A DNA stretch of 64,000 nucleotides. It comes from a virus. Below, piece by piece: positions 37,198-46,616 of the stretch (positions within the stretch are counted from its first letter, which is position 1; the number at the start of each line of letters is the position of its first letter). The position numbers and the translations under genes are program-made. Where the stretch lies: IMG/VR virus record IMGVR_UViG_3300046787_000206, positions 30,963 to 94,962 of that record; one strand, given 5' to 3'. Below the pieces are notes generated by a model. It did no database searches, was not told the origin of the DNA, and saw nothing but the letters and a program-made list of their open reading frames with translations.

Positions 37198-38045
37198 AGA
37201 AGTTTCTAGACGCCAAGAAGAGCAACAACCGTCTACTAGGTGACATTGAGCGCCATCTACAGGCCCGCCCAGTAGGTGACCGTGACTACACTGTCCTTCA
37301 CCCGTCTGAAATCATTAAGAAGGACCACTGCTGGCGAGCATCTTACTTCCTTCTACGTGGGCACCCAAGAGTGGCGGATAAGCCAGGCCTACGACTTCAG
37401 AACATCTTTGATGAAGGCCACTACATCCACGCTAAGTGGCAACGATGGTTCCAGGAAATGGGAGTCATTCATGGGCAGTTCAAGTGCCAGGTTTGTGACC
37501 ACATTACCTGGGGCACCTCTCCACAGGAGTGTGAGGTCTGCCAGGCATCGTGGGAAAAGCTGCTCTACTCTGAAGTAACTATGCGCCACGACAAGCTTCG
37601 TATCAAGGGCCACACCGATGGCTGGATAAAGGGAATCGGAAACGACACTCTTATCGAGATTAAATCAATCGGAGAAGGCACCATCCGTTCAGAGCAGCCT
37701 GGCCTTCTAATGGACGCCGATGGAGACTTCATGAAGGCGTGGAAGAACGTTCGTCGCCCATTCGGTGGACACATCCTCCAGGGCCAGATGTACCTGGAGC
37801 TCATGGACCGCATGGGTATGGTAGGTGAAAACGGTGAGCCACTTGATGAGATTGTTTTTATCTATGAGCTAAAGGCTAACCAGGACTTCAAGGAGTTCTC
37901 TATCAAGCGTGACTTCGAATTGGTTCGTCATGTTTTTGACGCAGCTAAAGAAGTAGTAGAATGTGTAGAGGACAACTATGTTCCGCCATGTAACAACAAC
38001 CCTGGTGGTACCTGCAAGCAGTGTGCACCATACAAGGAGGACTAA
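37173..38045 (+). CDS. Cas4-like / PD-(D/E)xK exonuclease
   Basis: HPSE, GHTDG, IEIKS, QGQMY, terminal C...CKQC. Confidence 0.8.
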   Translation: MAVIKSDLKKFLDAKKSNNRLLGDIERHLQARPVGDRDYTVLHPSEIIKKDHCWRASYFLLRGHPRVADKPGLRLQNIFDEGHYIHAKWQRWFQEMGVIHGQFKCQVCDHITWGTSPQECEVCQASWEKLLYSEVTMRHDKLRIKGHTDGWIKGIGNDTLIEIKSIGEGTIRSEQPGLLMDADGDFMKAWKNVRRPFGGHILQGQMYLELMDRMGMVGENGEPLDEIVFIYELKANQDFKEFSIKRDFELVRHVFDAAKEVVECVEDNYVPPCNNNPGGTCKQCAPYKED

Positions 38046-38047
38046 TA

Positions 38048-38512
38048 ATGGGCGCATTAGAGAAATTTTCTGGGTGGGGTCTCCACTTTTCTAAACCAAG
38101 CGATGAGCAGGTGACCCTTCCTAGGGACATTACTACGGTCAACTCAGAAGAGCTGGGAGAGCTGTTTACTCAGCTAACTGCATGGGCGGACTATATTGCT
38201 TCTCAGCTAGTTATGGCTCAACTAGAAGAGCGAGCAGCACTCCGAGCCAAGGAGTCACTAGAGAACAGCATGACCTTTAAGCGGCTAGGTGCGCAGGTCA
38301 AGGGTGAGCGAGTAACTGCTATTAAGGCAGAGATTGCTTCTCACCAAGACATTATTGACCTAGAGAATGACTACGAAGAAAAGTATGCCTACCGCAAACT
38401 CCTAGAGATGCTAATGAACAACCATGAGCGTGACCTACAGCTAGTCAGCCGTGAGATTACCCGTCGTTCAAACGACTCCCGTGCAACCCGTAAGGAATAC
38501 TTCAGTGCCTGA
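38048..38512 (+). CDS. UvsY-like recombination mediator (tentative)
   Basis: Helical protein ending VSREITRR near recA and exonuclease; GGAGG RBS before ATG 38048. Confidence 0.5.
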   Translation: MGALEKFSGWGLHFSKPSDEQVTLPRDITTVNSEELGELFTQLTAWADYIASQLVMAQLEERAALRAKESLENSMTFKRLGAQVKGERVTAIKAEIASHQDIIDLENDYEEKYAYRKLLEMLMNNHERDLQLVSREITRRSNDSRATRKEYFSA

Positions 38513-39212
38513 TATCCAGTTCCGTTCTGATATGACAGTAGAGCTAATTGACTCGATGGCTAAGGACTCTAATGTAGCGATGGCTGCTCGTGTCTCTACC
38601 GTAAGCGGTACCCACGAAAATGTCGTGGACCTTACTAAGGATGCAGGCCTAATCAACTACCTGATGCGTGACCGTCATGGTTCGCCGTTCGAGCATAACG
38701 CCTTTACCTTCTACATTGAAGCCCCGCTATTCGTGTTCCGAGAGTTCCAGCGCCACCGCATCGCAAGCTACAACGAAGAATCAGGCCGTTACAAGGAGCT
38801 GGAGCCAGTATTCTACGTCCCCAACTCTGACCGTAAGCTAGTGCAGGTGGGCAAGGCGGGGGCGTATACCTTCGAAGAAGGAGACTACTCTCAGAAGATG
38901 ACTGTTCCTGCAGAGCTCATGCGTACCAGTGACGACGCTTACTTAGCATACAAGCGTATGCTGAACTACGGCATTGCTCGTGAGGTAGCCCGTATGGTGA
39001 TGCCACTAAACGTCTACAGCTCTATGTACGTAACTATGAACGCCCGCTCACTGATGAACTTCCTAAGCCTACGCTCACTGGAGCAAGGCACCTACCCGTC
39101 ATTCCCTCAGTGGGAAATTGCTGACGTAGCCACTCAGATGGAGCTAATCTTCAGCGAAAAGATGCCCCTCACTTACAATGCTTTTGTTAGCAACGGACGA
39201 GTGGCCCCCTAG
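38505..39212 (+). CDS. thyX: FAD-dependent thymidylate synthase
   Basis: AARVS, HGSPFEH, RHRIASYNEESGRY, REVAR; GTG 38505 has an AAGGA RBS. Confidence 0.95.
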   Translation: MPDIQFRSDMTVELIDSMAKDSNVAMAARVSTVSGTHENVVDLTKDAGLINYLMRDRHGSPFEHNAFTFYIEAPLFVFREFQRHRIASYNEESGRYKELEPVFYVPNSDRKLVQVGKAGAYTFEEGDYSQKMTVPAELMRTSDDAYLAYKRMLNYGIAREVARMVMPLNVYSSMYVTMNARSLMNFLSLRSLEQGTYPSFPQWEIADVATQMELIFSEKMPLTYNAFVSNGRVAP

Positions 39213-39287
39213 TGGGTATACTGACAGTTCTACTTTTAGTAGTCACCCTTTTATTAATGAACTCCATATGGGGAAAGCGATAGAATT

Positions 39288-39533
39288 ATGCAAATCACTG
39301 TTTACAGCAACCCAAACTGCGTCCAATGCGAGCAGACCAAGAAGTGGCTAACTCGTAACGAGCTTCGCTTCGACGCAAAGATGATTGAGGACAGCCCAGA
39401 AGTACAGGCACTTATCGCAGAGCACAAGTTTCAATCAGCTCCAGTAGTTGTAGCAGGGGACAAAGTTTGGTCAGGGTTCCGCCTAGACCACCTAAAGGAC
39501 ATCGCCCACGAAATTGCGGCTAAGGAGCGGTAA
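39288..39533 (+). CDS. nrdH: NrdH-like glutaredoxin
   Basis: CVQC, APVV, WSGFR motifs. Confidence 0.9.
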   Translation: MQITVYSNPNCVQCEQTKKWLTRNELRFDAKMIEDSPEVQALIAEHKFQSAPVVVAGDKVWSGFRLDHLKDIAHEIAAKER

Positions 39534-40102
39534 TGATTATTGGACTAAGCGGGTATGCCAGAACTGGCAAGGACACGGTCGCAAACATTCTAGTAGAGCA
39601 GCATGGGTTTACAAAGCTAGCCTTTGCAGACCCTATGCGTGAGGCGTTGCTACGCTTAAACCCTTTTATTGAAGTGAATGACATCCAGCACATGCCACTA
39701 GACCAAGCTCTACGGGTATACAGCTGGGAAGACCTAAAGAGCGAAAGCCCAGATATCCGAGGACTGATGCAGCGCATCGGTACTGAGGTTGGCCGTCAGA
39801 TGTTCGGTGAGAACGTATGGGTTGACCTAGCGATGAAAGAGGCAGCAAAGTACGAGAACGTAGTGTTCTCCGATGTTAGGTTCCTAAACGAGGCTGATGC
39901 ACTTCGTAACGCTGGAGGCTCTATCTGGAGGATTGAGCGCCCAGGCATCGAAGCGGCTAACGACCACATCTCAGAGACTGGTTTAGACGACTACTCTTTT
40001 AATGCTGTTTTGTCTAACGATAGGGGCACAGAAGAGCTAGTTGACACCGTAGCTAGCGGCATTGAGTTCGAGCACTTGTTAGACAGCCTAAAGCGTGGCT
40101 GA
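39533..40102 (+). CDS. Deoxynucleoside monophosphate kinase
   Basis: GLSGYARTGKDT, FADP, QRIGTEVGR, DVRFLNE, HISE. Confidence 0.9.
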   Translation: MIIGLSGYARTGKDTVANILVEQHGFTKLAFADPMREALLRLNPFIEVNDIQHMPLDQALRVYSWEDLKSESPDIRGLMQRIGTEVGRQMFGENVWVDLAMKEAAKYENVVFSDVRFLNEADALRNAGGSIWRIERPGIEAANDHISETGLDDYSFNAVLSNDRGTEELVDTVASGIEFEHLLDSLKRG

Positions 40103-40685
40103 AAAAGTATTTGATGGTGGCCTACTCCCTGGGGCAATTGCCCTAGGGATAGACCAGTCCCTAACAGGGTTTGCTTTGACGGCCCTTAACGTGGGGCGTC
40201 CAGAGTGTTACGAGACTTGGGTGTACAAGTCTCCATATAAAGGTATACAAAGACTAGCTGACATTAGATTTTGGCTAAGAGGAAAGATTATGTGGCTGGC
40301 CTTAGAGGGCCATGAGTTCCACGATATTGCTATGGAGGGCACCGTCCTAGCTAGCCATTCGGCGCTAGTGCTAGGCGAATTAGCTGCCACAGTAAAGCTG
40401 ACTCTATGGGACCAGTTCGAAGACACCATGGTAGAGCACTGCAGAACCCCATTGCAAATTCCCCCTATGACATTAAAGAAGTATGCTGCAGGAAAGGGCA
40501 ATGCCAAAAAGCAAGAAATGCTTATGCAAATTTATAAGCGTTGGGGTATCGAGTTTAACGATGACAACGCAGCAGACTCATACGCTCTCGCAAGACTGGC
40601 GTCAGGCTCAATTACAGGGGAAATAGAAAAAGCTATTATAGAGCAAGTTAAAGACGTAAAGTACAGGGATTCACTGTACCCTTAG
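40095..40685 (+). CDS. RuvC-like resolvase
   Basis: GIDQSLTG, AMEG, LKKYAAGKGNAKK, DNAADS. Confidence 0.85.
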   Translation: MAEKVFDGGLLPGAIALGIDQSLTGFALTALNVGRPECYETWVYKSPYKGIQRLADIRFWLRGKIMWLALEGHEFHDIAMEGTVLASHSALVLGELAATVKLTLWDQFEDTMVEHCRTPLQIPPMTLKKYAAGKGNAKKQEMLMQIYKRWGIEFNDDNAADSYALARLASGSITGEIEKAIIEQVKDVKYRDSLYP

Positions 40686-40723
40686 TAGTTGAGGCAGGGC
40701 ACGACTATTAAGGAATACAAATC

Positions 40724-41020
40724 GTGACCGAAGAAACAACAAACGTAGCATCAACAGAAGAGCCGTTCCTACGAGTATCAGCTGGGTCTAACCCGCAGTC
40801 AGTAGCATCGGCAATTGCCCACGCCATTTACGACAACCGAGCTGTTAAGCTCCGTGCCGTTGGCGCAGGCGCAGTAAACCAAGCGGTTAAAGCACTAGCA
40901 ATTGCTCGTGGTTATGTAGCTCCACGTGGTCTAGACCTGACTTGCAAGCCAGGATTCACCACAATTGAGTCTCGTGACGGAGAAATTTCTGCTATTGTGT
41001 TTGCCATTTCAGCAAGCTAA
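40724..41020 (+). CDS. spoVS: SpoVS-family (Alba-like) nucleic-acid-binding protein
   Basis: LRVSAGSNPQSVASAIA...AVGAGAVNQAVKALAIARGYVAPRGLDLTCKPGF closely matches the SpoVS consensus. Confidence 0.9.
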   Translation: MTEETTNVASTEEPFLRVSAGSNPQSVASAIAHAIYDNRAVKLRAVGAGAVNQAVKALAIARGYVAPRGLDLTCKPGFTTIESRDGEISAIVFAISAS

Positions 41021-41057
41021 AAAAGCCTTACTCTAGTAGTAAGTAAAAGGAGTTTCC

Positions 41058-41495
41058 ATGGCATCTTGGACAAGTCTAGGACACGGTATGCGTCGTCGCA
41101 TCGGTGCTCCATCAAACCATCTAGAATCGGCAGGTCACGAAATGGCAGAACGTAATCACTCAACCTCAGACGAGGCACACGAGGCTGCAAAGTCAGCTGG
41201 TAGCCACCGTATTGCAATCGGCAACGATGCATACGCAGCCGCACCAGCACCAGCACTTCAGGGTACTCTAGTACCTAAGAAGAACGTTCAGGCAGGTGAC
41301 CCTACCGCAGGCGGTAAGGCAAACCGTGCGAACATCGAAAAGGTGGGCGCTTCATACCGCATCACCCCAAAGACTGCTTCACAGCTTGTTGACCCAGCAG
41401 TAGGCCCAACCATGGCTAACGCTCGAATTGTTCCATCGGTAGCGGGCCGTGCGAACCCTAACTTCGAAGCTGGTATCCAGGCTAGTTCTCTCTAA
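41058..41495 (+). CDS. Ala-rich hypothetical protein
   Basis: AAGGAG RBS. Confidence 0.75.
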   Translation: MASWTSLGHGMRRRIGAPSNHLESAGHEMAERNHSTSDEAHEAAKSAGSHRIAIGNDAYAAAPAPALQGTLVPKKNVQAGDPTAGGKANRANIEKVGASYRITPKTASQLVDPAVGPTMANARIVPSVAGRANPNFEAGIQASSL

Positions 41496-41513
41496 ACAGA
41501 GTAGGTTCTACTA

Positions 41514-41750
41514 ATGGATGCTCCTTACAGCGTTCGCCCACTGGGTAACCCAATACGCTCCAACAACAGCAACTCTCAGTTCGCTAAGGTTGGAGCGGGC
41601 GCTGCCGCTAACTTCGGTAGTCAGCGTGCAATGGCATGGGGAGTCCAACGTGGAGCTGACGCTCCTGTAGAGTCTCTAAACGCACTCAACGCTGGAAGCT
41701 ACCGTAAGTTCGAAACAGGCCCTGGGTTCCAACCAGTAGAAGCGAGATAG
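41514..41750 (+). CDS. Hypothetical protein
   Basis: In-operon ORF. Confidence 0.65.
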   Translation: MDAPYSVRPLGNPIRSNNSNSQFAKVGAGAAANFGSQRAMAWGVQRGADAPVESLNALNAGSYRKFETGPGFQPVEAR

Positions 41751-41753
41751 CTC

Positions 41754-42287
41754 ATGGCTGGTGCAGCAAATAACTTCTCACCACAGCAAAACTGGCAGTC
41801 CCTGGGGGCTGGCGGTTTTTACGGCTACAATAACCAGGGCGGACAGGGAACTCCTGTAGCTCGTGGTGACCTTGATGCTATCCGCATTGGAACTGGTCGA
41901 GTACCTTCAGCAGAGTATCCAGATGGTTATCTGGGAACTATTCGCTCACGTCGTGACGACCGTCTCCTTGACTCCGTTAAAAGCCGTATTGGACAGAAGG
42001 CGTACCAGCGTGGTGTCCACAAGGGTGAGCGTATTGAGCCTAACGCCTACTACTGGCCTATGGAGTTCAACGACCAACAGGGTATCAAGCGCCAGATGAA
42101 GGCCAAGCAAGTTAATGTAAACGGAGTCACTGTTTACCAGATTCCACGTAGCGCCCCTAATATCATGCTGACCCCAGCCCCTCACCTAGTTAACGACGGT
42201 AAGTCGAACCTAGTGTCTGACTCTCCAGGGCAGATGAACGTAATGCGAGCCAACCAGCTCTCCTACTTGAAGCCAGTGTATAGATAA
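41754..42287 (+). CDS. Gly/Gln/Asn-rich hypothetical protein
   Basis: In-operon ORF, TAATG coupling downstream. Confidence 0.75.
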   Translation: MAGAANNFSPQQNWQSLGAGGFYGYNNQGGQGTPVARGDLDAIRIGTGRVPSAEYPDGYLGTIRSRRDDRLLDSVKSRIGQKAYQRGVHKGERIEPNAYYWPMEFNDQQGIKRQMKAKQVNVNGVTVYQIPRSAPNIMLTPAPHLVNDGKSNLVSDSPGQMNVMRANQLSYLKPVYR

Positions 42288-42649
42288 TGGCAAACGAGTT
42301 TGATGGAAATTACGACAATACAAAGCCGTGGAGAAACAACCAGACTGACCAGCAAGGTCGTCCTAAGTGGACCTATAACGGCCCATGGTCGTCTAACGAA
42401 GAGCGACTAACACAGCAGGCGCTGATGGTAGCAACCATTCCTGGAGCTCAAATCCAGCAGATGGTACGCCCAAACCTGCCACAACTTCAACTTTTCCCAC
42501 CACGTTTTGGTTATGGACCTCGTCTACAACCAGAGATTGATGACGTGGTATCTCTCGACCGTGTATATACAGAGCCCCGAGTTTCGTGGTTCTCAGGAGG
42601 CCCAGCAGGGTATTCTGGTAGTAGTAGAAATGACCTAGGAGCTAACTAA
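42287..42649 (+). CDS. Pro/Gln-rich hypothetical protein
   Basis: TAATG coupling on both sides. Confidence 0.75.
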   Translation: MANEFDGNYDNTKPWRNNQTDQQGRPKWTYNGPWSSNEERLTQQALMVATIPGAQIQQMVRPNLPQLQLFPPRFGYGPRLQPEIDDVVSLDRVYTEPRVSWFSGGPAGYSGSSRNDLGAN

Positions 42650-43923
42650 TGGCTGGAAATCAAAACGCATTTGCTGCAGGACATGGTGGAGCTGGTGGAG
42701 CACCAGTAAACCGTGATTCTGGAGAAGTCCAGGTATACGACGAACAAGGCCGTAAAACCACAGCCCCAGAGGGCAGCGGTGTAACCATTGGCGGAAAGAC
42801 CCTTTCACACGAGGAGTTCGCTGACCTAGCCCGCACTAACCCAGAAATGCACCGTCAGATTTCACAGTTGCGTGAGACTGGTCGAGTCGCTCAGGTTCGT
42901 GAGAACGAGAAGGCCTCTAAGGCAGACGTTATTACCGCTGGTGGAACAGTAGGTACGGGGGAAGTACACCCAGAAGTTCAAAAAGAGCTAGATAAGATTA
43001 AGGCTGCAGCTACCCGTGCTCCTCGCACACCTGCAGCAGAGTCAACTCCTAAACCAAGTCGTACTCCTGCCAACCGTATTCGTGGCGCAGTAGTACTGCC
43101 TACCCTTCCAGGACGTGCGCTGGTCAACCACGCAGACAAGACTCACCGTCAATACGATACTATTGCTCGAACGATGGCTGTATCTAAAGACCCAGTTGTT
43201 TCTGACATGGGGTTCACTGCTCTAGACCACCTGAGTAAGGCCAAGCCTCTTATCGAAGAAGCTAAAGTCCTACACGACCAGGGCGGCGACGCCCAAGAGT
43301 TGGGCAATGAAAGAGTTATCTCTGCTCACCCACACATTCAGGCTGCCCACGACACTTTAAACAATGAGTACATCAAGTCCTATGGAGAACGTGCGGGAGT
43401 AAACACAGAGCTCCCACAGGAGTCCCTCGACAAGCTAACAGAGGGAGTACGTACTACTCCAGTACTCAAGAAAGCCAAAGCAATGCCTGACATTAACTTT
43501 GGTGGACAGAGCCGTCGTTTGGATGACCCTGCAATTAAGGAAGCTGAAAAGCGTGCCCGCACCGACGAATCTCCAGCAGCTCAGGCCGCTGGTGCAAAAA
43601 TTCGTACCGCTAAGCGAGGAACTCCTCGCATGTACGCCGCAGAGCGCAACACTCCAGTACCTGGTTCTGTTACAGGTGAAGACATGGAAGCAACCACCCC
43701 AATGGGAGCAGGACGCAACGGCCGTGGCCCTCGTGCAAAGAAGCCTGTATCTTCAAACCCAGGAGTAGCACCAATCACCCGTGTACGCACACCAGCTAGC
43801 AAGGCTACTCCTAAGACCGCTATTTCAAATGGTAGCCGTGTAGGGCTTACCCCTAAGTTCGACGCAACTTCAGCCGTAGAAGGCGGAGACGCTGGAATGG
43901 CTCCAAAGAAGGGTAAGAAGTAA
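42649..43923 (+). CDS. Large low-complexity basic protein
   Basis: 424-aa ORF, Ala/Pro/Lys/Arg-rich. Confidence 0.8.
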   Translation: MAGNQNAFAAGHGGAGGAPVNRDSGEVQVYDEQGRKTTAPEGSGVTIGGKTLSHEEFADLARTNPEMHRQISQLRETGRVAQVRENEKASKADVITAGGTVGTGEVHPEVQKELDKIKAAATRAPRTPAAESTPKPSRTPANRIRGAVVLPTLPGRALVNHADKTHRQYDTIARTMAVSKDPVVSDMGFTALDHLSKAKPLIEEAKVLHDQGGDAQELGNERVISAHPHIQAAHDTLNNEYIKSYGERAGVNTELPQESLDKLTEGVRTTPVLKKAKAMPDINFGGQSRRLDDPAIKEAEKRARTDESPAAQAAGAKIRTAKRGTPRMYAAERNTPVPGSVTGEDMEATTPMGAGRNGRGPRAKKPVSSNPGVAPITRVRTPASKATPKTAISNGSRVGLTPKFDATSAVEGGDAGMAPKKGKK

Positions 43924-44498
43924 TGGCACAGAAGAGAAGCACTAATAAGGCTGCAATCCGCTCCACCGCAGCTGCCAGCAAGGTTGTTAACGCAGCCGAT
44001 GCAGCCGCAGCAGAGGTCCCAGTAGCTAAGAACCCTAAGCGTGTTCGCCCGCCTAAGGCCAAGCCGTTCTCACTTAACCCACAGGGGGATGCAGCAGACG
44101 CCGCACGCCCACACCGTCGTGCAGGGTTTGACCGTGAGTCACGTCGAGCAGCAATTCAGACTGCAGCTAACAATGCCCGTGCAATTCCTCTAGGAGATGA
44201 GCTAACTAGAAACGCTCAGCGTCTAGTAGACTCTCACACCCGTGAAGTAATGGCAATGAAGCAGAAGTACCCTCATGTCCAGGCCATTCAAGAGCAGCGA
44301 CCAATTACGCTGGAAGAAGCTCGAGCACGCCTCGCAGGACAGCCAAAGCCAAAGGGAACTGTAACTAATGCAGCTCCAGGAGCCAAGCCTGTAAAGGCAG
44401 ACACTAAGGCTACGGAACTAAACGCCCGTGCAAAATCTAACAAGAACATCATCGGTAACGATGGCATCATGAAGACATTCAGTGAGTTGGATAACTAA
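43923..44498 (+). CDS. Ala/Arg/Lys-rich protein
   Basis: TAATG coupling. Confidence 0.75.
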   Translation: MAQKRSTNKAAIRSTAAASKVVNAADAAAAEVPVAKNPKRVRPPKAKPFSLNPQGDAADAARPHRRAGFDRESRRAAIQTAANNARAIPLGDELTRNAQRLVDSHTREVMAMKQKYPHVQAIQEQRPITLEEARARLAGQPKPKGTVTNAAPGAKPVKADTKATELNARAKSNKNIIGNDGIMKTFSELDN

Positions 44499-45724
44499 TG
44501 GCCAGCAACCCAGAAATCCTAAAGGAAGCCAAGCAGCTTAAAGCTGCAGGCAAAAAGTTAAAGCCGCACCACCAAGCTGCGCTAGACAAAGCCCAGCGTG
44601 CAGTAGATGCCAAGCGTGCAAAGCGCCAAACAGCGTCTGCCGAGAAGCCAACCGCATCAAAGATTGCAGATGCCGCACTATCCAAGGGCCCAGCAGCATT
44701 GGTTCGTCAAACTCCTAGTTACGACACCTCAAAGACTAATGAAGTTCCTGTAACTACTGAGTCTATTAGCGGAGACCTCCGTCACCACGACGCAATCCGA
44801 GAGCTAGCTGACCACATCTCAGACCGACTTTCTGAAGTAGAGACTCCAGCGAACAGCATTGGCGTGGGTAGAATCGCTCAGCACCTCAACAATACTTACA
44901 AGATGTTGGATGCGCATCAGTACAAGCACAAAACTGGTGACGTTCCTGCAGCAACCCTGGGCCTATCAAAGGCATCAGAATACCTGGGTCACGCTGAGAA
45001 AGAGTTCAAGAACACTTTCTCAGGAGAAAAGCTAGTAAGTTCTCCAGTACCTATGGCAGAAGTTGCCACAGACATCGCTAAGCAGTACGCAACTAGCGAC
45101 ACCCCAGGCGTGGGCAGTGAGCCAGACACGGGTGTTAAAGTAGCGATTCCTAAGGAAAGGCGAATTACTAAGGAAGAGAAATCCGCCAGAGAGGCTGCAC
45201 TTGAAGCAGCCAAGCCTGCATCAGTAAAGCGATTTGCTGAGCTGACCCCAGACATGATGGCCGCTAACAAAGAGGCCTTTAAGCGGAGTAACCCATCGCC
45301 AGTGGCTACACCAGCTAACGACCGTATGCTACGTGAAGCTAATAGAGCAAAGCTAAGTGCAATCGCAGACATCAAACGACGTTACCCAGAGGCCCCTAAC
45401 GGAGCCCCTCAGGCAACATTTGATTACCACGTGAACAAGGCAACTGAAGCATTGCACGCAGGACAACCACTAGCGCAGGACACCAAGAGTTTCCTGGGAA
45501 ATGATGTTATTTTCCACGTTAAGCGTGCAGTTCAGCAGGCCAAGCTGTCAGGCGGAATTAAGGCCACTAACATTGATTCCGACATGGGTGAAGATACAGC
45601 AAAGCCTATTGAGAACGAAGTAAAGATTCCTTCATCAGAGGATGCTCCAGGAGAGGCCACCCTACGTCCAGGACGTGGTGCTCGTGGCGGTTCTATGGAC
45701 GAGTTCACGAATGGTCGTGGCTAA
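44498..45724 (+). CDS. Large low-complexity Ala/Lys-rich protein
   Basis: 408-aa ORF, TAATG coupling. Confidence 0.8.
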   Translation: MASNPEILKEAKQLKAAGKKLKPHHQAALDKAQRAVDAKRAKRQTASAEKPTASKIADAALSKGPAALVRQTPSYDTSKTNEVPVTTESISGDLRHHDAIRELADHISDRLSEVETPANSIGVGRIAQHLNNTYKMLDAHQYKHKTGDVPAATLGLSKASEYLGHAEKEFKNTFSGEKLVSSPVPMAEVATDIAKQYATSDTPGVGSEPDTGVKVAIPKERRITKEEKSAREAALEAAKPASVKRFAELTPDMMAANKEAFKRSNPSPVATPANDRMLREANRAKLSAIADIKRRYPEAPNGAPQATFDYHVNKATEALHAGQPLAQDTKSFLGNDVIFHVKRAVQQAKLSGGIKATNIDSDMGEDTAKPIENEVKIPSSEDAPGEATLRPGRGARGGSMDEFTNGRG

Positions 45725-45924
45725 TGTTTGATGGAGACGGCGGAGAAATTCTAGAGCTTCAGGCTGCTAGAATCGCTCAAAATGCTACCATTTATAAAGG
45801 GTCAGCACCATGTCCTTTATGTGGAGTAGTAGTAAACCCTACAGAGTTCATGTACAACAAAGGTCTGTGCACACCTTGTCACCACGACAAGATGGCAAAG
45901 CGAGTTAAAGGAAAGATGGCATAA
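45724..45924 (+). CDS. Small zinc-finger protein
   Basis: CPLC...CTPC. Confidence 0.7.
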   Translation: MFDGDGGEILELQAARIAQNATIYKGSAPCPLCGVVVNPTEFMYNKGLCTPCHHDKMAKRVKGKMA

Positions 45925-46136
45925 TGGCTGTTAATACATCACGTTCAATGAACGCAAGCCTCAACGAAGGCGCAACTGACGGCAAGTACCGCAAGACTCG
46001 CCCAGACACCGAGGTCCTAGACCACGAAGGTCACGAGAAGACTATGGACAACCGTCAGTCACTACACCCATTCTTCGGTTACGGTTTCACTACTAGTGAG
46101 TACCCAACTGACGCTCAGGTAAACCCAGGGAAGTAA
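45924..46136 (+). CDS. Hypothetical protein
   Basis: TAATG coupling. Confidence 0.7.
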   Translation: MAVNTSRSMNASLNEGATDGKYRKTRPDTEVLDHEGHEKTMDNRQSLHPFFGYGFTTSEYPTDAQVNPGK

Positions 46137-46138
46137 TT

Positions 46139-46537
46139 ATGCCAATTAATCCACGTCAATTTGTAAACCAGATGAAGCAACGCCGTACAGCAGTCCAGGA
46201 CCTACGTCGTGGTGCTGTAGGTGCAGGTATCCAGGAACGCATGGGTGCTGGAATTCACGGAGGGGGGGCCCTGGGAGCAGCCAACGCCAGCCACACCTAC
46301 TCTAACGCAGGCGACCCATTCTCACCACAGCGTACAGCCTGGAACGCAAGTCCTAGGGACCAGATGAACGAAGCAAAATCAGGCGCAATGAAGTCAGGTC
46401 TTAGCGCAAAAAAGGTTGACAAGGTAGTTAACCGCAGCATGAAGAAGGCTGCCAAAGCAGGCACGTTTAACAAAGCTGAGATTGAAGGACGTAAAATGGG
46501 TGGCCACAGCACTAAGCTAAACCCATTCCGTGGCTAA
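46139..46537 (+). CDS. Basic hypothetical protein
   Basis: Last ORF before terminator. Confidence 0.7.
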   Translation: MPINPRQFVNQMKQRRTAVQDLRRGAVGAGIQERMGAGIHGGGALGAANASHTYSNAGDPFSPQRTAWNASPRDQMNEAKSGAMKSGLSAKKVDKVVNRSMKKAAKAGTFNKAEIEGRKMGGHSTKLNPFRG

Positions 46538-46556
46538 TAAAAAGTTTTAAGTATAG

Positions 46557-46582
46557 AACCCTCGCCAATGGCGGGGGTTTTG
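46557..46582 (+). terminator. Intrinsic terminator
   Basis: AACCCTCGCC-AAT-GGCGGGGGTT then TT. Confidence 0.75.
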
Positions 46583-46616
46583 TATTAGGATAGTTATTAC
46601 ACAATAAGGAGTAAAC

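Noticed and set aside
37173-38045. Cas4-like nuclease as evidence of CRISPR-Cas
   Set aside because: No repeat-spacer array or other cas genes; stand-alone Cas4-like exonucleases are common in phage recombination modules
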